64,000 bases of DNA from Camelus ferus (GCF_009834535.1 NC_045696.1:113586001-113650000); one strand, 5' to 3'. Numbered from the stretch's first letter, positions 1-13,259 are shown. Notes: generated by a model from the letters alone, not told the origin. Numbers and translations are program-made.

Positions 1-633
1 TTATTCCACACTTCACTTTCTGTGTGATTGTCCGGACACCATCTCTGATCCTTGTTTTCTGTTATAAAATGATGCTATTAAGTGTTCCCTCGCAGGTCGT
101 CCTGAGGATCGAATAAGGTCACAAGGGGTGGTGATCTGATGATGGTAGCTCATCTTGCATTTACTGCCCCCTGCTCTTTGTAGCCTTTGGGCTCCTAGTA
201 AGCGGGAACCTATCTGCAGTGCTCAGGAGGGAGGTGCTGCGGAGAGAATTCCAGGCCCCCTGATGCCACTTCCTGGAACAAAACAGACTAGAGCCAGAGA
301 AGGGCTTGCACGAAGCCGGGCTTTGTGAGTGGACCCGTGGAACAAGGAGTGGCAGCAGTCAGTTCACACCTTGAGAGAATCCAGAAAACAGCCCCTGGAA
401 GCCCCAGAAACCTCCAGAGACCCCTTGCTCTTCCTCAGCTCAGTCTCAGCCACAACCACCCTGGTAGTCTAGACTGACTGCCAACCATTTGATTGTATTA
501 TGAAGCCACGCAATCACCCTGGAGACAACCATCACTGACATCAATGCTGAACTTGAGGCTAGCTCCCGCCCAGGCGGGTGTGTTCCAGGAGCCACTGGGA
601 GGCAGCGTCCCACTTTCTGCTCTCCATCCATCC

Positions 634-1446
634 TTTTCTTTTTAATTGAAGTATAGCTTATTTACAGTGTTATGTCAGTTTCAAGTATGCAGCAAAGGGA
701 TTCAGTTATACATATATATATATATGTATATACTCTTTTCCATTATAGCTTATCACAAGATACTGACTGTAGTTCCCTGTGCTGAGTCCTTGTCTTTTAT
801 CTATTTTATATATAGTGGTGTGTATCTGTGAATCCCAAACTCCTAACTTATCCCCTCAACCCTTTTCCCCTTTGGTAACTATAGTTTGTTTTCTATGTCT
901 GTGAGTCTATTTCTAGTTTGTAAATAACTTCATTTATATAATTTTTTAAGATTCATTATAGAAGTGATATCATATGATATTTGTCTTTCTCTGTCTGACT
1001 TACTTCACTTAGAATGATGATCTCTAGGTCCATCCATGTTGCTGCAAATGGCATTATTTCATTCTTTTTTTATGGCTGAGTAGTATTCCATTGTGTGTAT
1101 ACACACACACACACATATATACCACATCTTCTTTATCCAGTCATCTGTTGATGGACATTTAGGTTGTTCCCATGTCTTAGGTATTGTAAATGTGCTGCTG
1201 TGAACATTGGAGTGCATGCTGTCTTTTCAAATTAGTCTTCTCTGGATATATGCCCAGGAGTGGGATTGCTGGACCATATGGTAAGTCTATTTTTAGTTTG
1301 TTAAGGAACCTCCCTCCATCCTGTTCCCCAGAGTGGCCGCACCAATTTACATTCCCACCAACAGTAGAAGTGGATTCCTTTTTCTCCACACCCTCTCCAG
1401 CATTTATTATGCATAGACTTTTTAATGATGGCCATTCTGACCGGTG
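634..1446 (-). mobile_element. 5'-truncated young LINE-1 (ORF2 end + 3' UTR)
   Basis: Typical L1 3' sequence (tccatccatgttgctgcaaatggcattatttcattc; gagtgggattgctgg). TSD tccatccatc at 623 and 1447. Confidence 0.92.
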
Positions 1447-2214
1447 TCCATCCATCTTTACCAGGGCAAAAGGGAAAACAAAACTCAGGTGAATGGCCTT
1501 TGGCCCCTCCTAACTTGGTTTTCCTCCGTGTTTGGATTTACCTGAGCAAGCGAGACAAGCCGCATTTGCTCAGGAAGCCCCAGCCCACCCAACAGTAAGA
1601 CCTTAGAGAAGGGGCGGCACAGGGGGCGAGGGGCTTTGTGAACGAATGGGGCCTCTCTCCCTGGATCTTCTCTACACCGCCCCTCCTTACATCTCTGTAA
1701 GAGGAAACCCCTTGAAGCCTCTATGAAGTAAACAAAAAACCCACAACTCTTTCTTCTTTTCTTCCTCCAAGGTTCTTTGCACTAATTTTTAAAACCGAAA
1801 TTTTCACAGAAAATTATTTTGGTGGGTTCAGGAACATAAATTTTAATTCCCATCTCCCCCCACCCCACCCCAAGCAAACATTTCAACCAAAGATCCCTTA
1901 CCTTAAAAAAAAAAACAAAAAAAAAAAACGCAAAGTGAGTTTCTCCAGCAAAGAAAGACCTAGTATTTCCCTGGGCCTTCTTGCAAACAGAGGCCCCTTA
2001 GACAATATTTACATCTACGTGTGGGTGAGTTGAGACTGTGCTTGGGGCACTTGGAATAAGAGAGGCATTGATAGATTCCAGGAAGGCTGGCGGGTATTGA
2101 AGAGTGGGTATGGTGTAACCCGGGGAGCAAGCCCTGGGTCTGTGAAAAGTGTCCCACGTTTTTCAATAACGCACGGTGACCACGCACTGTGCGAGATGCC
2201 CTACAGACATCATC

Positions 2215-2335
2215 TTCTCATTTATCTTCATAACCACCCCCCGAGGTAGAAAAGAATATTCCTGATTTACAGGTGAGGAAACTGAGACACAGAGAGGCAA
2301 GGGACCTAGTGTCTCCCGGCGACAGTCTTAAGAGC
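2215..2335 (-). mobile_element. MIR SINE fragment
   Basis: tttacaggtgaggaaactgagacacagagagg core. Confidence 0.75.
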
Positions 2336-3379
2336 CAGCATCCTGATGCAGGGCTCCGACCCCAGACCCGCTGCTCCCGTGCGGCCCCTGGACCAGCCGC
2401 GTCGGCAATCTGCGTTTTCAGCAGCCGCCCAGTGTGATCTGCCAACACCTGCTAGTGCGCCTGAGCACACGTCCTTATTCTGACCCCCATGGGCCCTGCT
2501 TACTGGGGCTCAGGTTCTCCTCTCTCAAACGAAGATGGGCTCAAGATTGTCATTGAGAATTCACTGGAACTTAGCAGCCACTTTCTAAAGGTCCCTATGG
2601 AACTTTTTTTGAAGTCTCAGTAAATGGCACTAGGTCAATGGTAGCCATAATTGAAACCCGATTTTTCAAAAAGTTACTTTTGAATAATAGAGGCAATACA
2701 CACTCAGCACACGAGATTTAGCAAAGGAAGAATAGATACAGAAAACAGAAAAGTTCTCCCATAAATCCACTATCATGAGATAACGGCAAAAACATGGAGT
2801 TCCATTTGATTCCAGTATTTTCCTTATATATATGTGTTTGTGATTCAATATATTATTTTTACCAAATTGGGATCATTCTGTATGTATACATTTGCATCCT
2901 GAATTTTTTTTTCTCTTCACAGTTACATGATGAGCATTTAAAAAATACTTTAAGCCAGTGAATACACAAGCCACCTTCCGGGGCTCAGACTCTGGGTCAG
3001 AAAGTTCTTTCCATATAATTTTAATTCCTTCTGCTTCAATTTAAGAGTTAAGATCGGGATGGCCCTGGGCTTGAGTATTTCAGAGATATACCTATGTGTT
3101 TGGAGAGAGAAATGGGGCAGAGGACAGAGACGGGGGAGGGAGGGAGAGCTGTGGGAGGGTCAGGTAGGGGGAGGGGAGGGTGGAGGTTGGGGGGAGGGGC
3201 AGAGGAGGGGAGGTGGGCAGAGACTGGAGGCAGGCCTCAGAGACTCTGTTGCCTTGGTCTTAGTGGGGCCCATGTTTGTTCTGGGCATCACAGCCACTCC
3301 ACCTATCAGGCGAGGAATAAAAGCTGGGGTTCCAACTGTGCAAGTTCCTTTGATGTAAGAATTTGTCTGGTTCTCACTT

Positions 3380-3490
3380 TTATGTTTAAGTCTCTGTGCC
3401 CCAGCGCTCAGCACTGTGCTTGGCACATAGTAGGGAACCAGTACATCTGATGGATGAATGAATGGGTCAATAAATGAGTGAGTGAAGGAA
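3380..3490 (+). mobile_element. L2 3' end
   Basis: gcttggcacatagtagg followed by a tgaatgaat tail. Confidence 0.7.
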
Positions 3491-4204
3491 GGGAGGAAGC
3501 GGATGAGAAGGGCAACTGCCTAGTGGTATTAACGAGGCATCTCCTCACATTCTTCCTTGGCCCCAAACATCTCCTGTCTACACCTCAAGTTCCACGGGGA
3601 GATTATGTCTTAGCAGCAGTCTTCAGGGAGCCTGTTTTCCCAGATGAGCATCCCTGGGAGGGTGGGCTACAAGTTTCATTTATTAGCTTTTGTAAACATG
3701 CAGATGTTGGGATTTTAGGAGAAGGTTTTCCTACCTTTGGTCATAGTCATTACTGTTCTAGGTAAACTGGCTTCCTGAGCTGAGTTCTCTGTCCTTTCAA
3801 ATATCCATAAATTATATGCCTATTAAGAGTGTTTTCCCCAAGAGCAAGGAAGAATTTGGCCCCCAAAACTCAAGGAATAGAGAGCAGAGAAGTCAGGAGA
3901 ATCTCCCCAAGGAAAGGTCTCGGGGGTGACATTGCTCCCCCTGGCAAAGAAGGGAGAATCTGGATGGGGCAGTGTGGCCCCTGCCACCTGGAGACTTTGG
4001 TCTTGGAAGGACTGGAAGGCAGCAGAAGTGGGCAGGTTAGAAGACGCACCTAAATAGATTGGGGCTCAGTAACTACGTGGGCTTGCTTCGCGTCCTGTCT
4101 TTATAGAGGAATTAGAGCTCTTTGTCAGCTCTTTAGTTGACAACCAAGAGGAAGCAAAACAGGGGTGCAACACCCACCCCCTTCACAGCCACCCTCCTGG
4201 CCAG

Positions 4205-4890
4205 TTGGCATCACCGCTCACCCGGATTCCGGCAGTGGCCTCCTCCCTAGCCTCTCTGCTTCCACCTGTAGCCTCCAACTGATCTACAATTCCTAAATCA
4301 CATCGGGTGGCTTCTCTGCTCAAAACCCTCCAGTGGCTTTCCAGCTTGGAACAAAATCTGAATCTAAATCTGCACGGCCCCCTGTGATCTGGCATTCCCA
4401 GCCACCTGTCTGATTTCATCTCCTGCTTCTTGCTCACCCTACTGCAGCCACTCTGGTCTCCTAGCTGCTCCAGTTATGCACCAAACACACTTCTGCCTCC
4501 AGGCCTTGCCTTACTGACGGGCTGCAAGGGCAGACCCGCCCCCGCCCCCCCCCCCCTGCCAGGCTCCCCGCTGCCTCACTCTCTCACTTCCTGCTGGTGT
4601 CTGCTCAAACGCCCTGACTGGTCCACCTAAACATAGTAACCCCCTCCCCCCACCAAAAAAACACCCCTGCCCCCTCCTCTACCCCCAGACCTACTTTCTT
4701 TTTCTTTATAGCATCTCTCACCACAGGACATTCTATTTTGTTTATTTATCTCCTTCCCAACTAGAATAAAAGCTCCAGGAGAACAAGGATGCTTATTTAG
4801 TTTCATTTGCTACTGTGGTCCAGTGCCTAGAACCTGGCCTGGATCCTGATTTTTTTTTTTTTCTTAAGTGAATATTGAATGAATCTGAAA
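4205..4890 (+). mobile_element. L2 LINE 3' region
   Basis: ctcaaaaccctccagtggctt, ctagaataaaagctcc, gtgcctagaac, tgaatgaat. Confidence 0.8.
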
Positions 4891-6699
4891 GAACAACAAT
4901 AGTATGACTTTTATTTTATTTTATTTTATTTTTTATAGTTCCATTGCCATTCTTTCAACACAGTGCCCTTCTCTCTGATTTTTTATTACAGTGCTTTTTA
5001 TTTCAAAGGAAAATCCAAACTCAGAATGAGCAAGCAGTGGTAAATAGATTCTGAAGTGTAATAAAGCATGCAATGATTTTTTTTTCCTTTGCTCCACAAA
5101 CAAGGCTCTGTAATAGCCGAGATCTGATTCTGCGCCATGTGCCTGGGTTTCCTGCTTTATTTTAAGGACGACCAAATATCCTGAGTTTGTGTACAGGAGA
5201 GCACGTGGCATTGTTTTTCAGATTTAGCCACTGGACTTCAGGACAGGGTATGAGGACTAAAGTTTAAATGCCAGGGTTCAAAACAATCAAGGGTTTGAGA
5301 GTTGAATTTTTCTTAACTTGATAAAAAAAATTTTTTTTAATCCATAATTTCATGCAAAACTCAACAAAACAGATATGCTGTGTTTCAGTTCAGCTTATTT
5401 TAGAAAATGGTCTAACTTCATTGACAATGCAGCAATGAATGCACTGGCCTGATAATTTCCCTTACGTCTTTATATTTATTAAGTATATAATTTAATTTCA
5501 GGAATGGCATCTGTCCAGCTACAAGCCCAGGAAGGAGGCAGGGCATCTCATGAATGGGATCCCTCTGAAATTACCCTTCACAGCCTCAATCAAGCCCCTA
5601 CGTCAATATTTCTCAAACTTGACTGTGCAGAAGAATCATGGTTAAAAGTATGGAGGTTCCTGGGCCCCACCCACCGAGATCTCCATCCCCTCCATTTGGG
5701 GCAGGGTCAGAGCGGCCTTGTGAAGCCAGTGCCCTGGGAGTGGAGCCAAAGCCTGCCCAAGGATCATCAACCACCTGCAGGCAAGAACCAAACCGCCCTA
5801 AACCACAAACTCCACCCAGAGGCTCTGCACCTGGAGTGGGCTCCTTAGAGATTCTGGCACTGAGACAGTTCTGGAATGTTCCCCTGGGAACCCACAAAGG
5901 AATCACCCCAGAGGGGAGGGCAAACAGGGGACTGAGAACAAGCCACCACCCAGAGATACTGCACTTTAATAGAGACTGACTCAGAAGCATCTGACATTTC
6001 ACAAAATCCCTTTTGAAACCATCAAAGCATAATTCTTTTTAATCTTGTCAGGATAAGCTTTAAGATGATAGACTTACAATGAGCCCTCCTTAAAATTTTG
6101 AGACTATCTTGAAATACTCGATCAATGCTAGTGGCCCCTCTTGGACCCATTGTAGTTTCTGATGGCTCATTTCTGGTGTTGGAATGGTGACCCGGAAGAG
6201 GAGCACAGCTGCCCCATCAGAGAAGTCCAGTGGCTGATTTCATGGGGACCCTGCACTATGACCTCATATACCCTGAGGCCTGTTATCGCCTGTGAAGATT
6301 CTTCTGTTAATAGTCATGTGGGGAGAGGTGTCCTATTTATGTTGCTTCCCGCCCCCCCATTAATCTTATTTTTTGTCATCGTTGTTTTAAAAATACACAA
6401 ATCATGCATATACATTCATTGTTAAAAACAAAGGAACAAAACACAAGTGTATGAGTCAAGAGAGAAAATCTCCGTCCATCCCTAATGTAGGTCCACACAC
6501 CGAGCTCTGTGCTTCTAGGTTGGTGTGTATCATTCCAGACTATTTCCTAGGCATTGCAAAAATGTCCAAGAGGGGAAATCAGTGCCCATGTTGCTCCCCA
6601 GAGCTCTGGCCAAACCATTCCACCTCCTTTCTCTCTCAGAGACCTCAAAGACTTTGGAAGGTCTGGACAGCTTTGCCCCTTGGCATCACTCCCTGAGGC

Positions 6700-7215
6700 C
6701 ATCAACCAGCTGCCTTCCTGCTGCACTTTACTGATTGAGGATTTAATCTCCCGGCTTACTGTCTTCCTCTCCTTTTCACTTCTGCCCCCATTCTCGGTAA
6801 TGTCAACACCTCATCAGGGTCTCTCAGGACCCCAGCCTGTCAGTAACTCACCCCCTCCCCAGCATCCATCCCCCCTCACAGCTTTGACTGGGCAAGACCA
6901 ATGTCAACTTCAAACGTTCTGCTCTGGGACCAACAGCTCCTGAGCCCTCCAGTCTCCTCTCACACTGTGTTTCCTTTCGTTCTGTTGCTTTTTCTCTCGC
7001 TTGGACATTCTAAGCCTTTCCCCTCTTTCAGGTGTTTACACTTATTTCCCCTCAATCCAAGAGGATCCCCACTTGGCTGGATTATTGTCTCGTTCAGTTC
7101 AGTGTCTCTTAAAGATGTCACCTCCCCCGAGAAGCCCTCCCTTCACCAGTCACTGTTTCATCACCCTCTTTATTCTTTCAGAGAGCTTGTCACAATCCAT
7201 GATTGTCTTGTTCCG
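6700..7215 (+). mobile_element. Degenerate L2 fragment
   Basis: Pyrimidine-rich L2-like tract including aaagatgtcacctcccccgagaagccctcc. Confidence 0.5.
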
Positions 7216-7794
7216 TATCACTTTCTGTGTGATGAGAACTCTTAGGATTTACTCTCTCAGGAACACAGTGAAGGTTTCTTAAGTTTAAAAAAAATACATA
7301 TCCAGCTTCAGGATTCAAATGAAATCACTTAGTGGGAATTCTTGTGGATATCTTTCTGAAACGGATGTCCCACCCAGACCCTCTCGACACAACAGGACAC
7401 AACAGTCCTCTCTCCCCTCCTCCCTCCAGGGCTTGCAAGTCCCTGGAAGTACAGACACTGCTGTTACCTGGATGAAAACCCCCAGCCCACAAATGGACCC
7501 GGGATTTCTGAGGCATGACCTCCACAGGGAGCAGAATGGCTGCTGGAGGGGGAGTTGGCAGGCAGCTCTGTGGGAGGGCTGCCACCAGATTCTTGGCTCC
7601 CAAGAGTCAGGGACTTAGAGTCATTCCCATGTTCACAGATCTGCAGAGTGCCTGGCACCAAATAGATGCACAGAACACCTCTGAAACTTGGCAGTTGAAT
7701 TTATGTCCAAGTTGCAGATTTGTGAGCAAAATAAACGTTGCTTTAAGCCACTGAGTTTCATGGTAATCCTTTCTTTCTCTCTCTCTCTCTCTTT

Positions 7795-7872
7795 TTTTTT
7801 TTTTAAAGTGGAGGTACTGGGGATTGAACCCAGGACCGTGTACATGCTAGGCAGGCACTCTACCACTGAGCT
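7795..7872 (-). mobile_element. Camelid tRNA-derived SINE (Vic-1-like)
   Basis: ggaggtactggggattgaacccagg...ctctaccactgagct with T-tail. Confidence 0.85.
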
Positions 7873-7921
7873 GTCAGTGGTAGAGCTGTCACCTCCTCTA
7901 CTTTCTGTCACCTCCTCTACT

Positions 7922-8370
7922 TTCTCTTTTAATTGAAGTACAGTCAATTCACAATATTATGTTAGTTTCTCGTGTACAACATAGTGATTTAGTTATATAT
8001 AAATACATATTCTTTTTTATATTCTTTTCCATTTTAGGTTATTGGAAGCAATTGAATATAGTTCCCTGTGCTATCTGGTAGAAACTTGTTGTTTATTTAT
8101 TCTGTATATAGTAGTTTGTATCTGTGAATCCCAAACTCCCAGTGTATCCCTCCTCACTCTCCCCTGTGGTAACCGTAAGTTTGTTTTCTATGTTTGTGAG
8201 TCTGTTTCTATTTTGTAAATAAGTTCATTTGAGTCTTTTTTTAGATTCCACATTTAAGTGATAGCATATGTTATTTGTCTTTCTCTGATTTACTTCACTT
8301 AGAATGATCATCTCTAGGTCCATCCATGTTGCTGCAAAGGGCATTATTTCATTCTTTTTTATGGCTGAGT
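7922..8370 (-). mobile_element. LINE-1 3' UTR
   Basis: Same 3' UTR family as 634-1446. Confidence 0.9.
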
Positions 8371-8739
8371 ACGGTCATTCTTCTGCAGTAATACATAACG
8401 TGACTAGACATATTGAGATTCCATTGGCTTAATGGTCACCCAGTAAAAAGCAAATGTTTCACAAGGGAAAAAAAACAGGGGCTGGGAGAGATTCCTGGGT
8501 CCCAGGGAGGAATGAGGGGCTTCCTGGGAGGCAGGTGCTGGTGGGCTGGGCAGTCCTGGTCTGTGGCAGCCAAGGGGATGCTTGAGGATGCTGAGGGCGT
8601 GGGGCACAGAGGAAAGATTGACAAGGAGGGGATGTGCCCATTTTAGGCTCACAGACCCAGGGAGGCAGTTATTCCTTTGTCCTGAGTGGAGGTCTTCTGC
8701 CTCATCCTTTCTACCCAAATAGCCAAAATTTATTCAACT

Positions 8740-9055
8740 TTGTTTATGTGCTGGCCACGTGACAGGCCTCCTTGTACGTGATCTCTGATCCTTGCAATTG
8801 AATAGCAGATGTTATTTTTTTCTCTTTTACTTCAATTATGGGGAAATTGAGGCTGGGAGACTTGAAGCAGCCTACCATGGAAGTCAGAAGCAGCAAAAAC
8901 CAGGATTCAAATGGGACTCTGTCTAATGGTAAAACCACTGCTCATTGCTGATGAACTCTGACAAGTTATTGAACAATTCTTAGCCTCAGCTTCCCTGTTT
9001 GTAAAATGGGAGTGGTTAGAGTTCTCATCTTGCAGGGCAGAGAAATAAAATAAGA
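8740..9055. mobile_element. Two MIR fragments (opposite orientations)
   Basis: ggggaaattgaggct and agcctcagcttccctgtttgtaaaatggg cores. Confidence 0.6.
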
Positions 9056-9064
9056 CAAGTTAGA

Positions 9065-9490
9065 CCCAAGGTGTCCAGTATGACAGTCATTCTCGACGTC
9101 TGGACAGTCTGAACTGAACTGGGACATGCTCTCAGTGTGAAATACGTATCAGGCTTCAGAGGCTTCATATGGAAAAAAGATTGCAAACGATCTCAATAAT
9201 TTTTATATTGATTACATATTAAAATGATAATATTTGGTTAAAAAATATGTTATTAAAGTGAATTTTACCTGTTTCCTTTTCTTTTTTTTAATGTGGTTGC
9301 TGGACATTTTATTACGTCTGTGATTTGCATTATATTTCTTTAAAAGGGAGAGTATAGCTCAGTGGTAGAGCACATGCTTAGCATACATGAGGTCCTGGGT
9401 TCAATTCCCAGTACCTCCATTAAAAAAAAAAAAGAACCTAATTGCCCCTCCCCCCAAAAAACTGCATCATATTTCTTGTGGACATCTCTG
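9065..9490 (-). mobile_element. MER33-like hAT-Charlie MITE with nested SINE
   Basis: ttttatattgattacat...aattttacctgtttc...aatgtgg matches MER33 reverse strand. Confidence 0.75.
9346..9461 (+). mobile_element. Vic-1-like SINE
   Basis: Full head and A-tail. TSD tgcatYatatttctt at 9326 and 9463. Confidence 0.9.
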
Positions 9491-9663
9491 AGTTAGCCCC
9501 CGAGTGTGGGAATACTGAGAATATTGGCCATTGTTAATGAAACAGCTCAGCTAGGCATGGCCCATATTAGAATCTGGCAATTCTACTTCTTTTACTTCCT
9601 TGGGTTAGATACTTTCTGTATATAATCTCATTTAACCCTCAAAATTCTGCCATTTTATGATTT

Positions 9664-9736
9664 TTAAACAAAATCTTTTCTGTGCTTGTTGGTCTTTCTC
9701 CGACTCCATCTCCTTGCAATTGGTGGTAAGAGCATC
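9664..9736 (-). pseudogene. Possible terminal coding pseudo-exon (L|MLLPPIARRWSRRKTNKHRKDFV*)
   Basis: Acceptor cccacttttcacag. Phase-2 join, TAA at 9666-9664. Confidence 0.3.
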
Positions 9737-10219
9737 CTGTGAAAAGTGGGCTTTTCTAAAGGGCGGTGAGGACAGGGAAGCTGGGAGGACCGTGCTCAGC
9801 TTGAGCAGCTGGGAAGCTGCCAAGAGCCGGAGAGGACCATGCAGTGGGGAGAAAGGAAGAAGTCTGGCTGCTGGGACCTGCCTGGGGAGGTGGCCTCTCC
9901 TGGGAAGAAGGCTTGGTGTCCTGCAGCTGAGGTCATCCTGAAAGGGGTTGGCTCCAGGAGAGCCCAGGTAGCATGCTGGCCTCTGAGCGGAGGGCTGCCT
10001 ACTGCTCCAGGCAGACCTGGGTCCTTCCTGCAAATCCAGATGAGCCGCAGCCACGACAGATTTCAGGGGACCACCCGCGTGGTCAGGACAAGGGTTAAAG
10101 CAGATTTGCATGTAAAATAGAGATTTTTACATAAAATGGTTCTTCCCACAATCCAAGATAGTAATGATGCTCAGGAAAACTCTGAACCCCGTCATCCCTC
10201 CCACATCACAGATTCTTAC

Positions 10220-10306
10220 AGAATTGGGTTCTTTCTCTTATGTGCTCACAGGGGACGCTGCTCCAGTTTGTACGTTCAAAATACTGATTCTAATTCCCTA
10301 ATGTTA
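10220..10306 (-). pseudogene. Possible tail pseudo-exon (DNIRELESVF*TYKLEQRPL*AHKRKNPI)
   Basis: Acceptor ccactttgttctcccag, donor TCT|gtaaga. 87 nt, phase 2 to 2. Confidence 0.35.
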
Positions 10307-10445
10307 CTGGGAGAACAAAGTGGACTTTTCTGGAATGAATCATGCCTTATAGAAAAGAATCACATACTTTTCTTGAGAAACTTGCAACCTCATTCTCGGT
10401 CCCAGGGGGACAAAGGATAGTGATTTCATGTTGTCAGCGGCTTAC

Positions 10446-10502
10446 TCCCTAGTGGTTCTGAAATGTGGGTTTTCCTTTGAAAGGAAAGATGCCTCATTTT
10501 TT
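10446..10502 (-). pseudogene. Possible tail pseudo-exon (KNEASFLSKENPHFRTTR)
   Basis: Acceptor gatgtcctttag, donor GGA|gtaagc. 57 nt, open, phase 2 to 2. Confidence 0.35.
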
Positions 10503-11464
10503 CTAAAGGACATCACATGGCTCTCTGTGGCACGGTTCAGCCCTGGCATCCACCACAAAGACATTTGTGTGTCCTCTGGGGCTGTGTGCCAGGCTCGCAG
10601 ACTGCCCAAACTTTCTGCCCATCTGCCACAGGGAGGGCAAAGCCCGGGCTTCTGCCAGCCCAAGGCAAGAGGAACGCCCTTCAGGAACAAAGACAGCCTT
10701 GCTCCTGCCCCAAGCAGCAGCCCGCAGCCTAGGTGTGAGCCTCAGGCCACTGCGCACCTCTGGCTGCCCGACTCCGGGCGTCTGGGTACCGCGGACTGAG
10801 CTTAGGAAGGCCAGGACCAGTAGCTTCGTTTGACAGACAAAAGGTCAACGTGTGGTCTGACGAGTGTGTGACAAAGGCTGACTGGGAATGTCTCCTGTGC
10901 TGGGAGAGCCTGGAAGGTGCTGGTGACTTCTGCGGGCTGAGCAGCAGGGCCTCTATGATGGGGCCTGAGAACGCCCCCTCCTCCTTCCACCTCTTTGATC
11001 TCTGCCAGCCCCATGGGGGCCCCAGTTGGGGGAAGCAATTCATCTTAGACGTTACAGGAGCTGGCTCCAGAGAGACCTCACACTTCCAACCTTGGCTCTG
11101 TCTCTCCCCGTACCGCCTTTGGCAGGCTGCCCACCCCTCACCCCTTTCTTGGAGCCCAGTCCCCGCAGAAGCCGACCCCCAGATGAGGGGTCGGGGCAGT
11201 CAGTCACTTGGGAGGTGCAGGGACAGGCCAGGGAAAGGGGGGAAGGTAGCCGTCTTAGTCACCCGTGCTGCTCTAACAGACCCCATTTCCTGGGTGACTT
11301 GTAAACAGCAGGACCTCATTTCTCACAGTTCTAGAGGCTGAGAAGTCCAAGATCAAGGCGCCTGCAGACTCTGTGTCTGCCGAGAGCCTGCTCCTGGGTC
11401 ATAGATGCTACCTTCTCGCTATGTCCTCACAGGGCAGGAGGGGCAAGGGAGATCGCTAAGGCCT

Positions 11465-11465
<1 letters not shown>

Positions 11466-11496
<31 letters not shown>

Positions 11497-11757
11497 GAGG
11501 TATAATAGACATACAGCATTGTCCTTGGGGTGTGCAGCATAATGATTTGATATGTGTGTATATTGTGAAATGATTATCACAATAAGTTCGGATAACATTC
11601 ATTGCCACATGTAGTGACAATTCTTCTTGTGATGAGAACTTTTAAGATCTAATCTCTTAGCAACTCTCAAACATACGAGACAGTATTGTCAACTGTAGTC
11701 ACCACGCTGTACATGACATCCCCATGACTTATTTATCTTATAACTGGAAGTTTGTAA
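11466..11757 (-). mobile_element. L1 3' end (L1MA/MB-like)
   Basis: Poly-T then gtgatgagaacttttaagatct...ataactggaagtttgta. Confidence 0.8.
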
Positions 11758-11930
11758 CTAGGGTCTCTTATTTTATTTTATTTTATTTCATTTTATTTTT
11801 TAAATTCCATTTAAAAATATACATATATGTACTGTTCATTGTTTCTAAGAACAGTTTAGAGCTTTAGCTTTTTAAACTTACATAGTTATCAAAGGAATAA
11901 AGCCAACCACAAAATAAGAATCAACAAAGT

Positions 11931-12080
11931 GGGAGGGTATAGCTCAAGGACAGAGCACATGCTTAGTATACACCAGGTCCTAGGTTCCATCTGCAGTACC
12001 TCCTCTTAAAAATAAAAAATAAACCCAATTACCTCCCCCTTCAAAAAAATAAATAAAAAGAAAAAACAACTTAAAAAAAA
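11931..12080 (+). mobile_element. Vic-1-like SINE
   Basis: gggagggtatagctcaag head and A-rich tail. Confidence 0.85.
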
Positions 12081-13259
12081 AGAACCAACAGAATGTAGTA
12101 ATCTGGTCATAAAGACAGTCAAATGTGCTTACACATATTCAAGAACTCAATCGTCTAAGTCATAAATAATAAATAGTTCATTTGTGTTCTTTTTTGTGAT
12201 TCCACATATAAGCAATATCATATAGCATTTTTCTTTCTCTTTCTGATTTACTTCACTTAGAATGACAATCTCTAGGTCCATCCATGTTGTTCCAAGTGTA
12301 GGGTCGCTTTTATAAGAGCACTAATACACCCTCATGACCTAATCACCTTCCAAAGCGCACCCCCACCTCTAAATACCATCACACTGGGGATGAAGTTTGA
12401 ACATGTAAATTTTGGGGGAACACAAACATTCAGTCTATAGAAGCAGCCAATAGAGTGCATTATTAAACCAGCTACCACAGTGGGAAACTAACACTTCAAC
12501 CTACGGGGAAGCTCTGGGAAGTGGGATAGAACACCCAGCTCACAGTCATCCCAGCCAACGGGTGAGGGAGCTGGGGTATGTATACCCTACAATGTTGGGC
12601 ACATGTTAAGGACCTCTCAAGGGGTTAGTTAACTTCCAGGTGGTTCTGGCCTGTCATGTTCATGGGCAAAGTGGATTTTTGCAGCCTAAAGGTGGTTCTC
12701 ACAAAGATACAGGGACAGGCCATTTGGGGCCAGGCTGGGGAGTACCAAAATGGTGAGGAGATATGAAGTGAAGCAATGGGAGCATCTGTTACACCCTCCA
12801 AGTCTCATGGGCTGTTTTTAAAAGTGAGAGTAATCATGGCTTTTATTTTGCAGGCAGGATAAAATAAAAAGTTAGGCCTGCAACATGAGTGGCTTAGAGC
12901 TGTGCTAGTTAAATGTTGGCCACTTTTATTGGGACCACTCACCTTAGCAGTTTTTGCCCTAGGATTTTGTTCACGGTTCCATCATTTCTATTACTTCCTT
13001 GAGAGCCCTTGAGCCTTTGTGCCTTAGCACCAACATACAGGTCTAAAGAGGGATTTGTGCCTTGCTTTTGTGTGTCCCCCAATTTTGAAGACAGTGCTGT
13101 CACCTTGCTGAGTTGAGATGTAGCAAGTAACCAGCCAGGGTATGTAACTATTTCTGGATGGGAATTATGAGTAATTTTTTCTTTTACTGTGCTGTATTCT
13201 ACCTTTTCTATGGTGAGTATATATGACTTAAATAGTACAAAATTATAGCTGCTTTTTTC

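Larger units (their letters stand above)
11252..12440 (-). mobile_element. MLT1A-type MaLR LTR split by nested retro-insertions (11466-12300)
   Basis: tctcacagttctagaggctgagaagtccaagatcaagg; resumes cctcatgacctaatcacc...cacaaacattcagtc. Confidence 0.85.

Noticed and set aside
1177..1492. ORFs resembling L1 ORF2 C-terminus
   Set aside because: Truncated, disabled L1 copy; not a host gene.
9346..9420. tRNA-like sequences (A and B boxes) here and at about 13 other sites
   Set aside because: They have A-rich tails and TSDs, so they are SINE copies rather than tRNA genes.
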